64,000 bases of DNA from Dendrobates tinctorius (Eukaryota), in NCBI RefSeq assembly GCF_039654945.1, contig NW_027361754.1, positions 1,550,001-1,614,000 of the forward strand. The letters are read 5' to 3'. Positions 1 to 12,247 of the stretch are shown here, piece by piece. How positions within the stretch are numbered: the first letter of the stretch is position 1; each line of letters opens with the position of its first letter. Position numbers and translations under genes: made by a program. Below the pieces are notes generated by a model. That model had not been told where the DNA came from. It searched no databases and saw only the letters and a program-made list of their open reading frames with translations.

Positions 1-1257
1 CGCAGCGATGATGTTTTCTTCCGCCCGCGTCCATGTCTCGCTCGTCAGCGCCAGCAGGAAGCCAATGACAAGAAATGGACCAGGCCGATCTCGCGCGATC
101 AGCGATAGCCAGCGGGGGAGCCGGTCGGATTTATCACATGTATCGATATCGCTGCTGCGTTACAAAATCGGTGACGCTGTGTAAAGGGCCCTTTAGTGTG
201 TTACCTGTACACTGACACTACACACTGTATACTATATACAGAGGTCCTGTGTATAATGTCATCAGTGATCACTGTTTTACCTGTACACAGACACTGCATA
301 CTAAGTACAGATCTCCTGTGTATAATGGCACTTATTGTGATAGTATTGTGGTTTTTTTTACTACTGATCAGTATTGTAGTATTCAGTCACTATAACTTTG
401 TATGTAACCCCCCTTCTCAGGTACAGCACCATGGAATTAATGGCACTATATAAATAACTAATAATAATAATAATGTGGTGATAATATTTGGTCTGGGCAT
501 GGTGTTGCGGTATTTGTCCCTTGTATGTGCTATTTGGTCACTTTGTGGTGGTAATATGTGGTCTGGTCATGGTGTGGTGGTATTTGTTCCTTGTATGTGA
601 TATTATAGGTCACTATGTGGTGGTAATATGTGGTCTGGACATGGTGCGGTGGTTTTGTCCCTTGTATATGATATTATTGGTCATTTTAAAAATTGAAAAA
701 TAAATAAAAATATACCTAAAAATTGTATTGCATATTTTAACAAATATTTAATAGGTTAGCGTAGAGTAGAGCTTGGCCAAAAGTGTCTACTGTGTTGTGA
801 TGGCGGCTTAAAAAATCTTTTGGCCAAAACAAAAGCTGCCGGCTATATGTGTGATCTGGTGATGGGAACTGTTAATGTGTGATTGGTGAGAAGTGGAGAT
901 TTTCCAAGAGAGGGCGGTGAGACTGTGGACAGTTTGAGGGGTGGAGGTGGGGCTGGGGTGGAGCCTGGGCAGTCTAAAGGGGGCCCTGAAAATGTTGCCA
1001 GTATGGGGCCTCGAAATTCCTAGTGGCAGTCCTGCTCTGAAGAAACTCCTTGAAAGACTGTCTTAGTACCCCGTCACACACAGCGATCTTGCTAGCGAGA
1101 TCGCTGCTGAGTCACAAGTTTTGTGACGCAACAGCAATCTCACCAGTGAGATCGCCGTGTGTGACACCAGCAACCGGCCCCCTGCCGGGTATCGCTGATC
1201 GTCCTGGAATGGCCAGGACATTTTTTTTGATTGCTGGTCTCCCGCTGGCCAGCACGC

Positions 1258-4200
1258 TGTCACGGGGCAGTTGGGACAAAAGCAGGAGACGTGGAACCTG
1301 GGCCCCTGAACTGCCCCTCAGGCTAAGGAGGTGCCCTGACTTTCCTTAACTTGGGGGTACACTTGTAGGTTGTGAGGCCCAAGTCCTTGACCTGTCCCTA
1401 TCTCCTGTTTAGCCCTGAGCTAAACCACCAACCCCCTCCCCAGGAGGTGAGACAGGGAATAAAGTGTACTGCACAAGACCCAAAGGAAAAAACACCAAAA
1501 CACTTACAGTATCTTGCTCTGCTGCAGTCATAAGGAAGCAGAGTGCATCACCGGATAAACTTTTCGCAGTGGCTCAACACCTAAGGGCCAGCTGCCACCT
1601 TCACCATCTAACTCTGCTGCGGACACCGGGTAGTCAGAGTTCACACCAGTTTCAGCAGTGGCCAAAGCCGCAAAAAACTCATCCACCGACCGTAGAGATG
1701 GTGAATTGGCAGGCAGGTAGAAGGCCCAGGATTGAGGATCACCTTTAAGGAGGGCTATAATGAATCCCACCCGCTGTTCCTCACTCCCTAATGAACAAGG
1801 GCGGAGCCTGAAGTGTAGCTTTCAGGCCTCCTGAAAAAAAAAAAAAAAATTCTCTCTCCCTCCAGAAAACCCGTCTGGGAGAGATAACTTGGGTTCTGTT
1901 TGAGCCTGCACCTGAGCTGAGGCCCTGAACCCCACCAACTGCAGCAGCTGCTGCTCCACCACACCATGCAGCACCCCACGCTCCTCAGGGAGGGTCTGCA
2001 GCAATTGGACAAAGGTCTGCATTTGGGCCATAGCTCACCAGGAAAAATGGGTCGGTTGGTAATAATGTCACGGGTCAGTTGAGACAAAAGCAGGAGACGT
2101 GGAACCTGGGCCCCTGAACTGCCCCTCAGGCTAAGGAGGTGCCCTGACTTTCCTTAACTTGGGGGTACACTTGAAGGTAGTGAGGCCCAAGTCCCCGACC
2201 TGTCCCTATCTCCTGTTTAGCCCTGAGCTAAATCACCAACCCCCTCCCCAGGAGGTGAGACAGGGAATAAAGTGAACTGCACAACACCCAAAGGGAAAAA
2301 CACATATCTTGCTCTGCTGCAGGCAGCAGAGTGAATCACCGGATAAACTTTTCGCAGTGACTCAACACCTAAGAGCCAGCTGCCACCTTCACCATCTAAC
2401 TCTGCTGCGGACACCAGGCAGAGTTCACATCAGTTTCAGCAGTGGCTCTTCACCTCAGAGCCCGCTGCTCACTTCACTGTGGTTCGCATCCAAAAGGAAA
2501 ATGCAGCTATTACCAACACCTGATTATAGACCATGTGACCCTATATAGGAAAAGGGAATGGTCAAATGATCAGGGCCAAGTGCTGCTATAACCTCAATGA
2601 CCACTGGGGGAAAAAGGAAAACTAAAGAAAGTACAGATGTAATGACACTTGTGGCCACTGAAGGCAAAAACCCATATCAAGCCCCCAGAAGCCTGAAAAT
2701 AAAGGTGTTCTTGAGGGAACCCAGACTCTGACACGGATCCAAGAATTGGACCATGACAGTACCCCTCCTTCAATGAGGGGCCTCTGGACCCTCAACACCG
2801 TATTACACTGCATAACACCTACGCCTTGTTCCATGAGAGTTCACTTATACCATTATCTGACACTCCGGGTCATGGCAAGAGATGGTAGATGGAGGCGAAG
2901 ACGTATACTCTGGAGGCACCACAAATCTCCAGAGCGCCGACCTGGGGAACGAGCTAGGCCTGGGTATAACAAAGGATAACTCAGACACCCATGCAGACAC
3001 GTACGCACCCAGGTCCGGACCTGAACGTTTATTGCCATTCACTCTCTTGCCACTAGATGGTGAACTCTTCACAGCACCGACAAAAGAGGCGTCCCCCCAT
3101 GTCGTAACACTCATACCCCCACAAGGCTCAGAGGCAAACTCTCCTCTCTGCACCCCCCTCCTAGGAGGACTCCGACTCAGAGGGGCAGCTTAGAATCATA
3201 GAATCGTAGAGTTGGAAGGGACCTCCTGGGCCATCTGGTCCAACCCCCTGCTCAAAGCAGGATTCGCTAAATCATCCCAGTCAGATGTCTGTCCAGCCTC
3301 TGTTTGAAGACTTCCATTGAAGGAGAACTCACCACTTCTCGTGGCAGCCTGTTCCACTCATTGATCACTCTAACTGTCAAAAAGTTTTTTCTAATATCTA
3401 ATCTGTGTCTCTTCCCATTCAGTTTCATCCCATTGCTTCTAGTCTTTCCTTGTGCAAATGAGAATAAAGTTGATCCTTCTACAATGTGACAGCCCTTTAG
3501 ATATTTGTAGACAGCTATTAAGTCTCCTCTCAGTCTTCTCTTTTGCAAACTAAACATTCCCAAATCCTGCAACCTTTCCTCATAAGACAGGGTTTGCAGA
3601 CCGGTCACCATTCTGGTCGCTCTTTTCTGAACTTGCTCCAGTTTGTTGATGTCTTTTTTAAAATGTGGTGCCCACATGCTTGAGGTGAGGGTTGCGTCTT
3701 ACCTCTACTCCCTGGCAGCACCCCTGCTGCCATTACTGGAGGAGAAGGGGATGGGGATATGGAGGAAAAATACACTCCTTGGTCGTCTTCCTCCACACAA
3801 CCAGGAGGGGACGGCTTCTTAGATGGTAAAGAATTTTCGGCGTGAGCCCCGCGGACCATATCACCAGTGTGCTCACTACAGGGACGCACCCCTTCACCTC
3901 GGGGAACCCCAGACAGCACCATGGGGACACCAACTCCTCCCACCTGCCTGGGTGCGTCCGCGTCTATGAGCAAGTCCTGCTCCCTGGCAGAGACCACAGG
4001 GGGCTTGTTCGCCAAAGCCGCAAAAAACTCATCCACCGACCGTAGAGATGGTGAATCGGCCGGCAGGGAGAAGGCCCAGGATTGAGGATCACCTTTAAGG
4101 AGGGCTATAATGAATCCCACCCGCTGTTCCTCACTCCCTAATGAACAAGGGCGGAGCCTGAAGTGTAGCTTTCAGGCCTCCTGAAAAAAACAAAAAATTC

Positions 4201-5111
4201 TCTCTCCCTCCAGAAAACCTGTCTGGGAGAGATAACTTGGGCTCTGGTTGAGTCTGCACCTGAGCTGAGGCCCTGTACTCCTCCAACTGCTGCAGCTGCT
4301 GCTCCACCACACCAAGCAGCACCCCACGCTCCTCGGTGAGGGTCTGCAGCAATTGGATACAGGTCTGCATTAGGGCCATGGCTCACCAGGAAAAATGGGT
4401 CGGTTGGTAATAATTTCACGGGGCAGTTGGGACAAAAGCAGGCGATGTGGAACCTGGGCCCCTGAACTGCCCCTCAGGCTAAGGAGGTGCCCTGACTTTC
4501 CTTAACTTGGGGGTACACTTGAAGGTAGTGAGGCCCAAGTCCCTGACCTGTCCCTACCTCCTATTTAGCCCTGAGCTAAACCACCAACCCCCTCCCCAGG
4601 AGGTGAGACAGGGAATAAAGTGTACTGCACATCACCCAAAGGGAAAAACACATATCTTGCTCTGCTGCAGTCATCAGGCAGCAGAGTGAATCACCGGATA
4701 AACTTTTCGCAGTGGCTCAACACCTAAGAGCCAGCTGCCACCTTCACCATCTAACTCTGATGCGGACACCGGGCAGTCAGAGTTCACACCAGTGGCTCTT
4801 CACCTCAGAGCCCGCTGCTCACTTCACTGTGGTTCGCATCCAAAAGGAAAATGCAGCTATTACGAACACCTGATCATAGACCATGTGACCCTATATAGGA
4901 AAAGGGAATGGTCAAATGATCAGGGGCCAAAAGCTGCTATAACCCCAATGACCACTGGGGGAAAAAGGAAAACTAAAGAAAGTATCAGATGTAATGACAC
5001 TTGTGGCCACGGGGGGGCAAAAACCCATATCAAGCCCCCAGAAGCCTGAAAATAAAGGTTTTCATGAGGGAACCCAGACTCTGACACGGATCCAAGAATT
5101 GGACCGTGACA
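1258..5111 (-). mobile_element. Non-autonomous Ty3/Gypsy-type LTR retroelement with three LTR copies (1258-~1660 partial, 2066-2758, 4414-5111) and gag remnants
   Basis: TGTCACGG...CCGTGACA termini and 5-bp TSD CACGC (1253-1257 / 5112-5116). ~695-bp direct repeats. Polypurine tract GAAGGAGGGGTAC next to the LTR end at 2758. Gag-like peptides EPKLSLPDRFSGGRENF and GFIIALLKGDPQSWAF on the - strand. No pol. Confidence 0.85.
3192..3677 (-). mobile_element. 5'-truncated CR1 LINE fragment (ORF2 C-terminus plus 3' end) inserted in the LTR element
   Basis: ORF 3267-3677 reads WAPHFKKDINKLEQVQKRATRMV...RRLRGDLIAVYKYL...NFLTVRVINEWNRLP, typical of CR1 RT. ATTCTATG-like 3' terminal repeat at ~3192-3210. 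Confidence 0.9.
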
Positions 5112-6264
5112 CACGCATCGCTGCGTGTGGCAGGCGGGAGACCAGCGATCAGCGAGCTGGCGCTGGTAACTAAGGTACACATCGGGTTCTAAGCGATGTG
5201 TTCCTTAGTTACCAGTGCGCTGGTGCAGGGAGCTGGTAACCAAGGTACACATCGGGTTTCTAAGTGCCGCGCGGCTCATAGAAACCCAATGTGTACCTTG
5301 GTTACCAGTGCGATGGTGCAGGGAGCTGGTAACCAAGGTACACATCGGGTTTCTAAGTGCCGCGCAGCTCTTAGAAACCCAATGTGTACCTTGGTTACCA
5401 GCTCCCTGCACCAGCGCGCTGGTTTCTAACATACACTGCGGGTAACTAAGCGACGTGCACGCTTGTTACCCGTGTGTCGCTGTCCTGATCGCTGCTGAGA
5501 TCTGCCTGTTTGGCAGCTCACCAGCGATCATGTAGTGACACACCAGCGATCCTGACAAGGTCATATCGTTGTAGGGATCGCTGGTGCGTCGCTATGTGTG
5601 ACGGGGCCCTTCCACTTCTTCGAGAAGGGATGAATTCAGCTTCTATAGGCCTTTCCCCATCCGGGGGAGTCTCTGTAACATTCAAGGTAAAGAAAATTAA
5701 ACAGTGGTCTTGGAATTCCACCTCAACGGTGGACAGGAAATCAGAGATATCCAGCGTTGGGCGGAATGGCTAAAAATTAACTTTTATTACGTAGTTACTT
5801 AGATAGAAAAAATGTTCTATATAATATATATAGACAGGTCAACGCATTTCAACGTAAGTCTTTGTCAAGATCAAAGGTGGACACTGCCAAAGAGATAGCT
5901 TCTTCCTTTAACCCTTTTACTCCCAAAGCTTTTTTCAGTTTTGCGTTTTCGTTTTTTGCTCCCGTAACCATAACTTTTTTATTTTTACGTCAATATGGCC
6001 GTGTGAGGGCTTGTTTGTTTGTGGGTCAAGTTGTACTTTTGAATGACACCATTGGTCTTACCATGTCGTGTACTAGAAAAAGGGAAAAAAATTCCAAGTG
6101 TGGAGAAATTGCAAAAAAATGTGCAAACCCACCCTTGTTTTTTGTTTGGCTTTTTTTTACTAGGTTCACCAAATGCTATAACTGACCTGCCATTATGATT
6201 TTCCAGGTCATTACGAGCTCATAGACACCAAACATGTCTATGTTCTTTTTTATCTAAGTGGTGA

Positions 6265-6543
6265 ATAATAATAATAATCTTTATTTTTATATAGCATTAA
6301 CATATTCCGCAGCGCTTTACAGTTTGCACACATTATCATCGCTGTCCCAGATGGGGCTCACAATCTAAATTCCCTATCAGTATGTCTTTGGAATGTGGGA
6401 GGAAACCGGAGTACCTGGAGGAAACCCACGCAAACACGGGGAGAACATGCAAACTCCTTGCAGATGTTGTCCTTGGTGGGATTCGAACCCAGGACTCCAG
6501 CGCTGCAAGGCTGCAGTGCTAACCAGTGAGCCACTGTGCTGCC
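6265..6543 (-). mobile_element. tRNA-derived SINE (V-SINE/Mermaid-like core) with an L2-type 3' tail
   Basis: Pol III A box TGGCTCACTGG and B box GGTTCGAATCCC. Core GAGTTTGCATGTTCTCCCCGTGTTTGCGTGGGTTTCC. Tail TGTAAAGCGCTGCGGAATATG followed by (ATT)n. Confidence 0.85.
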
Positions 6544-6749
6544 AAAGTTTGTTAAAAAAAATTGCGCCATTTTCCGATGCCTGTAGCATCTCCATTTTTT
6601 GCTATCTTGGGTTGGGTGAGGGCTTATTTTTTTGCGTGACGAGCCGATGTTTTTATTGATACCATTTTGGTGCAGATACGATCTGCCTGAATGAAGGAAA
6701 AGCTGCCTGCGCAGCCTGTAAATTTATTGACTTTTATTTAAAGCAATGT

Positions 6750-8263
6750 GTGGAAACTCTTCCTTCCTTTGTTCAGGATACCACAGATGTCCTTAGACGA
6801 CTTAACGGTCTTACTTTGGACAGTGATATGTGGTTGGTTACTTGCGATGTGGAGTCCCTATATACGTTGATTGACCACAGCCACGGGGTGAAGGCTGCTA
6901 GATTTTTTCTTCAAATGACCAACTTGGAACCTAATCTGATCCAATTTATTTTGGATCTATTATTGTTTATTTTGACACATAATTTTTTGTGTTCAAGGAC
7001 CGCCCCTTCCTACAACTCCAGAGCACAGCTATGGGGGTGGCCTGCGCGCCCTTCTACGCTAACTTGTTCCTGGGGCTGTGGGAGAGGGATACGGTCCTTG
7101 ATACACCTGGTCACTGCCATATCACCTCGTGGCTGCGTTATATCGATGATATTCTTTTCATCTGGCAGGGCTCCACGTCGCAACTAGATACTTTCCTGAA
7201 CCGCCTTAATGTCAATGAATTTAATATAAGGCTAACATGGAAATATAGCCAAAAATCTATTGATTTTTTGGACCTCCTTATCTCGAAAACTTTGGATGGA
7301 ATGATCTGTACGGATATTTTCCGTAAAAATACAGCGACGAATGCACTTTTACACTACTTGTCTTCCCATCCTCCACAATTTAAAAATTCAATTCCTATTG
7401 GACAATTTTTAAGAGCACGTCGGATTTGCTCAGATGATAAAATTTTCTTTAAGCAAGCAAAGGAATTGTCCAACCGTTTCCAAGATAGAGGTTATAGGAA
7501 AAAGGACATCCATAGAGGCCTTATGCAAGCAGCTCATTCTAAGAGACAATCTCTATTGAATAAATCATTTAAAAGCAGACAAAAAACTAATGACTCTAAA
7601 CCACGCTTTATCACCAAATTTAACTCGAATTGGGCCGAAATTAGTAACATCTTTAAAAAACACTGGCCAGTATTACTGACCGATAGAGATTTAAATTATC
7701 AACTGACCCCATATCCCTCGATTACATGGCGGAAATCACAATCGTTAGGAGATATCCTCTGCCACAGTCATTATGTTCCACCCCAAATTAAATCACCGTT
7801 TACATCGAATAAAGGTCCTCCTTGGGGTAGTTTTCCCTGCGGGGATTGCTCAGTATGTTCCAATATACTATGGACTAAAGAATTTGGGGATTCTTCTAAG
7901 ACCAAAAAATTTAAAATATTCCATCATATCACATGTAAAACAGAAGCAGTGATATATCATGCTTGCTGCCCTTGCGAATATATTTATATTGGCATGACTA
8001 CTAAGTCCCTCAGAGATATTAAAAATGCGTCAGACTGTACTGAACCACATCTTTCAAAAACCATCCCTAAACATTTTTTCGAGGCTCATAAATGTGATCC
8101 GAAAGGACTCAAATTATGCGGTATCGACCACATATATATGGGGATTCGTGGAGGGAATCTCAGACAGAGATTGCTTCAAAATGAGACACGATGGATCACA
8201 ATTCTCGACACAGTGGCCCCCAAAGGTCTCAGTGAAACCGTCAGCTTCAAATCCTTTTTATAA
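6750..8263 (+). pseudogene. Penelope reverse transcriptase-GIY-YIG endonuclease, frameshifted near 6985
   Basis: Motifs LVTCDVESLYT, STAMGVACAPFYANLF, WLRYIDD, IDFLD, HPPQFKNSIPIGQFLRARRICS, CGDCSVC and the GIY-YIG-like IYHACCPCEYIYIGMT, spread over two overlapping ORFs. Confidence 0.9.
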
Positions 8264-8955
8264 ATTATTTTATTTTTGAGGCATGTGCTATATTTTTAAT
8301 GTTTTGTTTTGCTGTTACTTATTTTGTGTTTTTGCATCACATTGTAGATTGGATGATGCCTCACTTCCTCTTCCTTCACGTTCTTTTTTCCTGGATTCCC
8401 TCAGCAATATCGCATATAGAACATATTGCGAAGATTGATGAAGATCTCTCTACCTGTGGCTACGAGTGGATGTTGTATCTGTGATGTTTTACAATGATAC
8501 ATGTTTTCACATATAATTTATATGTTTATTTTTTCTTTCAAAAAAACTCTCTTTACCTTAGAAACACGTGATGCTGGTCTATATTATGATCAGTACCTCC
8601 CCAATAGTTATATCTTGGGATTGAGATATTTCTATTTAGACTTTATCACGTGAAGCAGTTTTATTCATATTTTTCTCTGTTTATTTGTTATATTCCTGGC
8701 TGCGGGCATAAGTTAGTATAGGCAAATTTATGAATTATTATGTTATACATACTTGCATATTGTGCCTAAAAACCTTGATATCAGGTTCCTGACAGCGCCG
8801 GCATGCAGCCTCCGCTGAGCAGGGACTCACCAGTGCTGTAGGGGTCCCGGGAACAGTAACAGCTGGAAAGTACAGACGCACAGGACCTGAACGCTGAAGT
8901 ATTAGCAAGCAGGCACGGGACCTACAGTCGCGTGACCACAAGGGGGCGGGGCTTA

Positions 8956-9425
8956 GGCCTCTTTCACACTTCCGTTTTTGACCATCAGTCAAAATCTGCC
9001 AGTTTTTAAAAAAAACATCCGCCATTTTTTTGGCGGATCCGTTTTTTCCCCATTGAGTTGCATTACTGGCGGATCTTGACAGATGGCCATCCGTTGGATC
9101 CGTTTTTTTGCGGATCCGCCAAATTTTTTGCGTCTGCTGGCATGCCTGGACGGACCTTGCAACTTTTTATTGTTGTAGGATCCGCATTTTCCAGTGCGCA
9201 TGCCCAGAGAAAGGAAGTCAAGGAGAAAATTAACCCTGAAATCCTTTCTGGTGGACGACAAAAATTCTCTCTCTCGGACTGCGGTTCCTTTAAAATTCTG
9301 CATTCAACGAACCCGTCAAAAAAACGGTCCGGTGGCATCCGTTTGCATCAGTTACAACCGGATCCGCTTTCCGCCATTTTGGCGGATTTTAACTGACAAG
9401 AAAAAACGGAAGTGTGAAAGAGGCC
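8956..9425. mobile_element. Harbinger/Tourist-like MITE
   Basis: Perfect TIR GGCCTCTTTCACACTTCCGTTT and TTA TSD on both sides. Confidence 0.85.
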
Positions 9426-9552
9426 TTAGCGTCCTGCTTGCTGAAATGCAAGAACACTCAGAGTCCGGCAAACCAGAGATCATACACAATGCAGGCGAAC
9501 AAGGTACAGGCGGGACAAGCATATGGGAGGTCAGACAAAGCCAAAGGTCATA

Positions 9553-10036
9553 GGCCTGTTTCACACTTCAGTTTTTTTGTGTCAGTTAAAATCCGCCAAA
9601 ATGGCGGAAAGCAGATCCGTTGGTAACTGATGTGAACGGATGCCACCGGACTGTTTTTTTGACAGATCCGATGAATGAAGAATTTTAAAGGAACCGCAGC
9701 CGAGAGAGAGAGAATTTTTTTTTGTTCCAGCCGCCAGAACAGACTTTAGGGTTAAATTTCCGGCTGAGTGAAGACTTTCGGGCATGCGCAGTGTGAAGTG
9801 CGGATCCTGCCGGACGAAAAAACATTACATGCTCCGTTTGGGCATGTCGGCGGACGGCAAAATTTTGTCGGATCCGCAAAAAAACGGATCCAACGGATGG
9901 CCGTCCGTCAAGATCCGCCTGTAATGCAACTCAATGGGAAAAAAAACGGATCCGCCAAACAAAATGGTGGATCCGTTTTTTTTTGCAAAACGGCGGATCT
10001 TGACTGATGGACAAAAACTGAAATGTGAAACAGTCC
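9553..10036. mobile_element. Second MITE of the same family, in inverted orientation
   Basis: TIR GGCCTGTTTCACACTTCAGTTT / AAACTGAAATGTGAAACAGTCC and ATA TSD. The interior is reverse-complement-similar to 8956-9425. Confidence 0.8.
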
Positions 10037-10359
10037 ATACACAAGAGGGCGGTACGGTACCAAAGGGACGAGCAGAGAGCAGTCGAGTCACAAGCAGAGG
10101 GTCATACACGAGAGGACAGTGTGGTACAAGAGGGTCAGGCAGAACTCGTAACAGGGACAGAACCAGATCACAACAAATGTGTCGGGGTGGTGTGCGCGTT
10201 GCCGGGGCGACGGATAGTGACGACACTGTCCTCCTTTTCGTCGACTCTGGCGCGCGCTGCCCCCTCCCTGCAGTGGGCGGGCACTCACGTAGAAGTTTCT
10301 GATTTGCTGAGGCTTCACATCACGTACCATAAAAGCCCATGCCTCTTTTAATTGACCAC

Positions 10360-10398
10360 GCCTCCCGACGAAGCCATAGGCGAAACGCGCGTCGAGGC
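10360..10398 (+). ncRNA. Minimal type-I hammerhead ribozyme motif (Penelope pLTR-associated)
   Basis: Stem I GCCTC/GAGGC, core CCGACGA (U4C variant of CUGANGA), stem II GCC-ATA-GGC, GAAA, palindromic stem III CGCGCG, GUC cleavage triplet. Confidence 0.6.
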
Positions 10399-10685
10399 TC
10401 CCGGTGTCTCACATGTGCCTGCGGCATTTACACCCTGCTACACCATGACTGAAGGTAATGATTATACTGACACCTCTACCCTTCCCTACTGATGAATTCC
10501 TGATGGATGGCATAGTGATCACTTTATTTTTTGATGGGATCCTTATCATAGCCATTTCTAATCATGTGAGATATGCTAGAGGTGGGCACTTAACGCCTTC
10601 TTTCTGAGAGCAGCTGCATTGATTACGTAAGGCAGTGTGAGACTGTTTTCCCTGTCTGATGTCTACATATATGCCTGTTAAGGTG

Positions 10686-10732
<47 letters not shown>

Positions 10733-11384
10733 TCTACATGTCTCTACACGTCTTGATATTTATATTCAGCTATTTTAGCTAATACACTATAACACACCAA
10801 TACTCTTAATAATACCTTGGTGAAGGATATTTAAGCTTATGAGATTTAATTGATAAATCTTTCTTACTTAATTCTCTTTCACTTAAGGAGAGTTTCTCTG
10901 TCCTTGATTTTCTGACCGTAGTGGTCTTTTTCGGTTTTTATGAAGGAAAAGCTGCCTGCGCAGCCTCCCCGCCTGAGCGGAGATGAACTCAGTAGCGCTG
11001 GAAAGTTTCGAAACATTTTCCCACGCTGTCAGTTCACCGCGGGGAGTCAGCGCAGCCTAAGTGATGTCAGCGGTATGCACTGAGGCTTTTCCTTCATTCC
11101 TCCGTGGTTTACAGCTGGGCAGGTCGCATTAGCACCGCTTCCGGTTGTAATCTATTGAACCCCTTCAGATGGATTGCAGCGTGGGACTTGACTGTAGGTA
11201 TGGGATATTGTTGCTTTTTTTATTTTGGATTTTTTACAGGAGAACGATGGCTTCGATTGGATTGGTAGTGAAATAAAGATGGAAAAAATGTGTTTATTTC
11301 ATTAAAACTCTTTATTTTTATTGTGTGTGTGTGTGTGTTCTTTTAACCCTTTCAGACTAGTGGATTAATAATGGATAGGTTTTC

Positions 11385-12247
11385 GACCTTTTCTTACTTT
11401 TGACTCTGCAAAAACTTTTACTGTTTCTCTTATTCATTCTCGTCTCGACTATTGTAACTCTCTTCTAATCGGTCTCCCTCTTACCAAACTCTCCCCTCTC
11501 CAATCTCTCTTGAATGCTGCAGCCAGGATCATATTCCTCACCAATCGTTACACCGATGCCTCTACCTTGTGCCAGTCATTACACTAGCTACCCATCCACT
11601 CCAGAATTCAGTATAAACTTATTACCCTCACCCACAAAGCCCTCCATGGCTCAGCACCACCCTACATCTCCTCCCTTGTTTCAGTATACCACCCTACCCG
11701 CGCCCTCCGTTCTGCTGATGACCTGAGGTTAGTATCCTCAATAGTCAGAACCTCCCACTCACGTCTCCAAGACTTTACACGTGCCGCGCCAATTCTTTGG
11801 AATGCACTTCCCAGGTCAATACGATTAGTCCCCAATCCCCACAATTTTAAGCGTGTCCTGAAAACGCATTTATTCAGACTGGCCTATCGCCTCAACACAT
11901 TAACCTAACCTATCCCTGTGTGGCAGAGCCAAAAGTTTTACCATAACCAGGTTCCCAGCATCATGTTCCCACATGCTTTATGCATCCATTAGCCCTCTGT
12001 GTCTGTACTGTTACACACTTAACATTATGGCTGGTCCATACAATCAGGGCAACTGTTTTCACCCACCTTTCGTGTCTACCTCTTTCCTCATAGACTGTAA
12101 GCTTGCGAGCAGGGCCCTCACTCCTCTTGGTATTTGTTATAATCTACTGTATGTGATTATTGTTATGCTGTAATGTCTATTGTCTGTACAAATCCCCTCT
12201 GAAATGTAAAGTGCTGCGGAATATGTCGGTGCTATAAAAATAAAATT
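11385..12247 (+). mobile_element. L2-clade LINE 3' fragment
   Basis: Conceptual translation SLIHSRLDYCNSLLIGLP...LQSLLNAAARIIF matches the L2 RT C-terminus. 3' tail TGTAAAGTGCTGCGGAATATGTCGGTGCTATAAAAATAAA. Confidence 0.85.

Larger units (their letters stand above)
1066..5608. mobile_element. Non-autonomous PIF/Harbinger-type MITE split by the LTR element at 1258-5111
   Basis: Termini (tta)GTACCCCGTCACAC...GTGTGACGGGGCCC(tt). The halves rejoin across the LTR insertion. Internal inverted repeats at ~5160-5430. Related copies at 23637, 46189, ~51959 and 54494. Confidence 0.65.
6718..10939 (+). mobile_element. 5'-truncated Penelope-like retroelement (RT + GIY-YIG endonuclease) with a long 3' region carrying a hammerhead motif and two MITE insertions
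   Basis: RT and GIY-YIG motifs at 6750-8263. Hammerhead motif at 10360-10398. Flanked by a 27-bp direct repeat ATGAAGGAAAAGCTGCCTGCGCAGCCT (6691-6717, 10940-10966). Confidence 0.75.

Noticed and set aside
196-1034. Hydrophobic short ORFs (196-453, 488-703)
   Set aside because: They derive from degenerate GT-rich tandem repeats, probably inside a non-autonomous DNA transposon fragment; there is no coding evidence.
6470-6543. tRNA gene
   Set aside because: A and B boxes are present, but the sequence continues into a SINE core and LINE-type tail, and it is repeated at ~51842.
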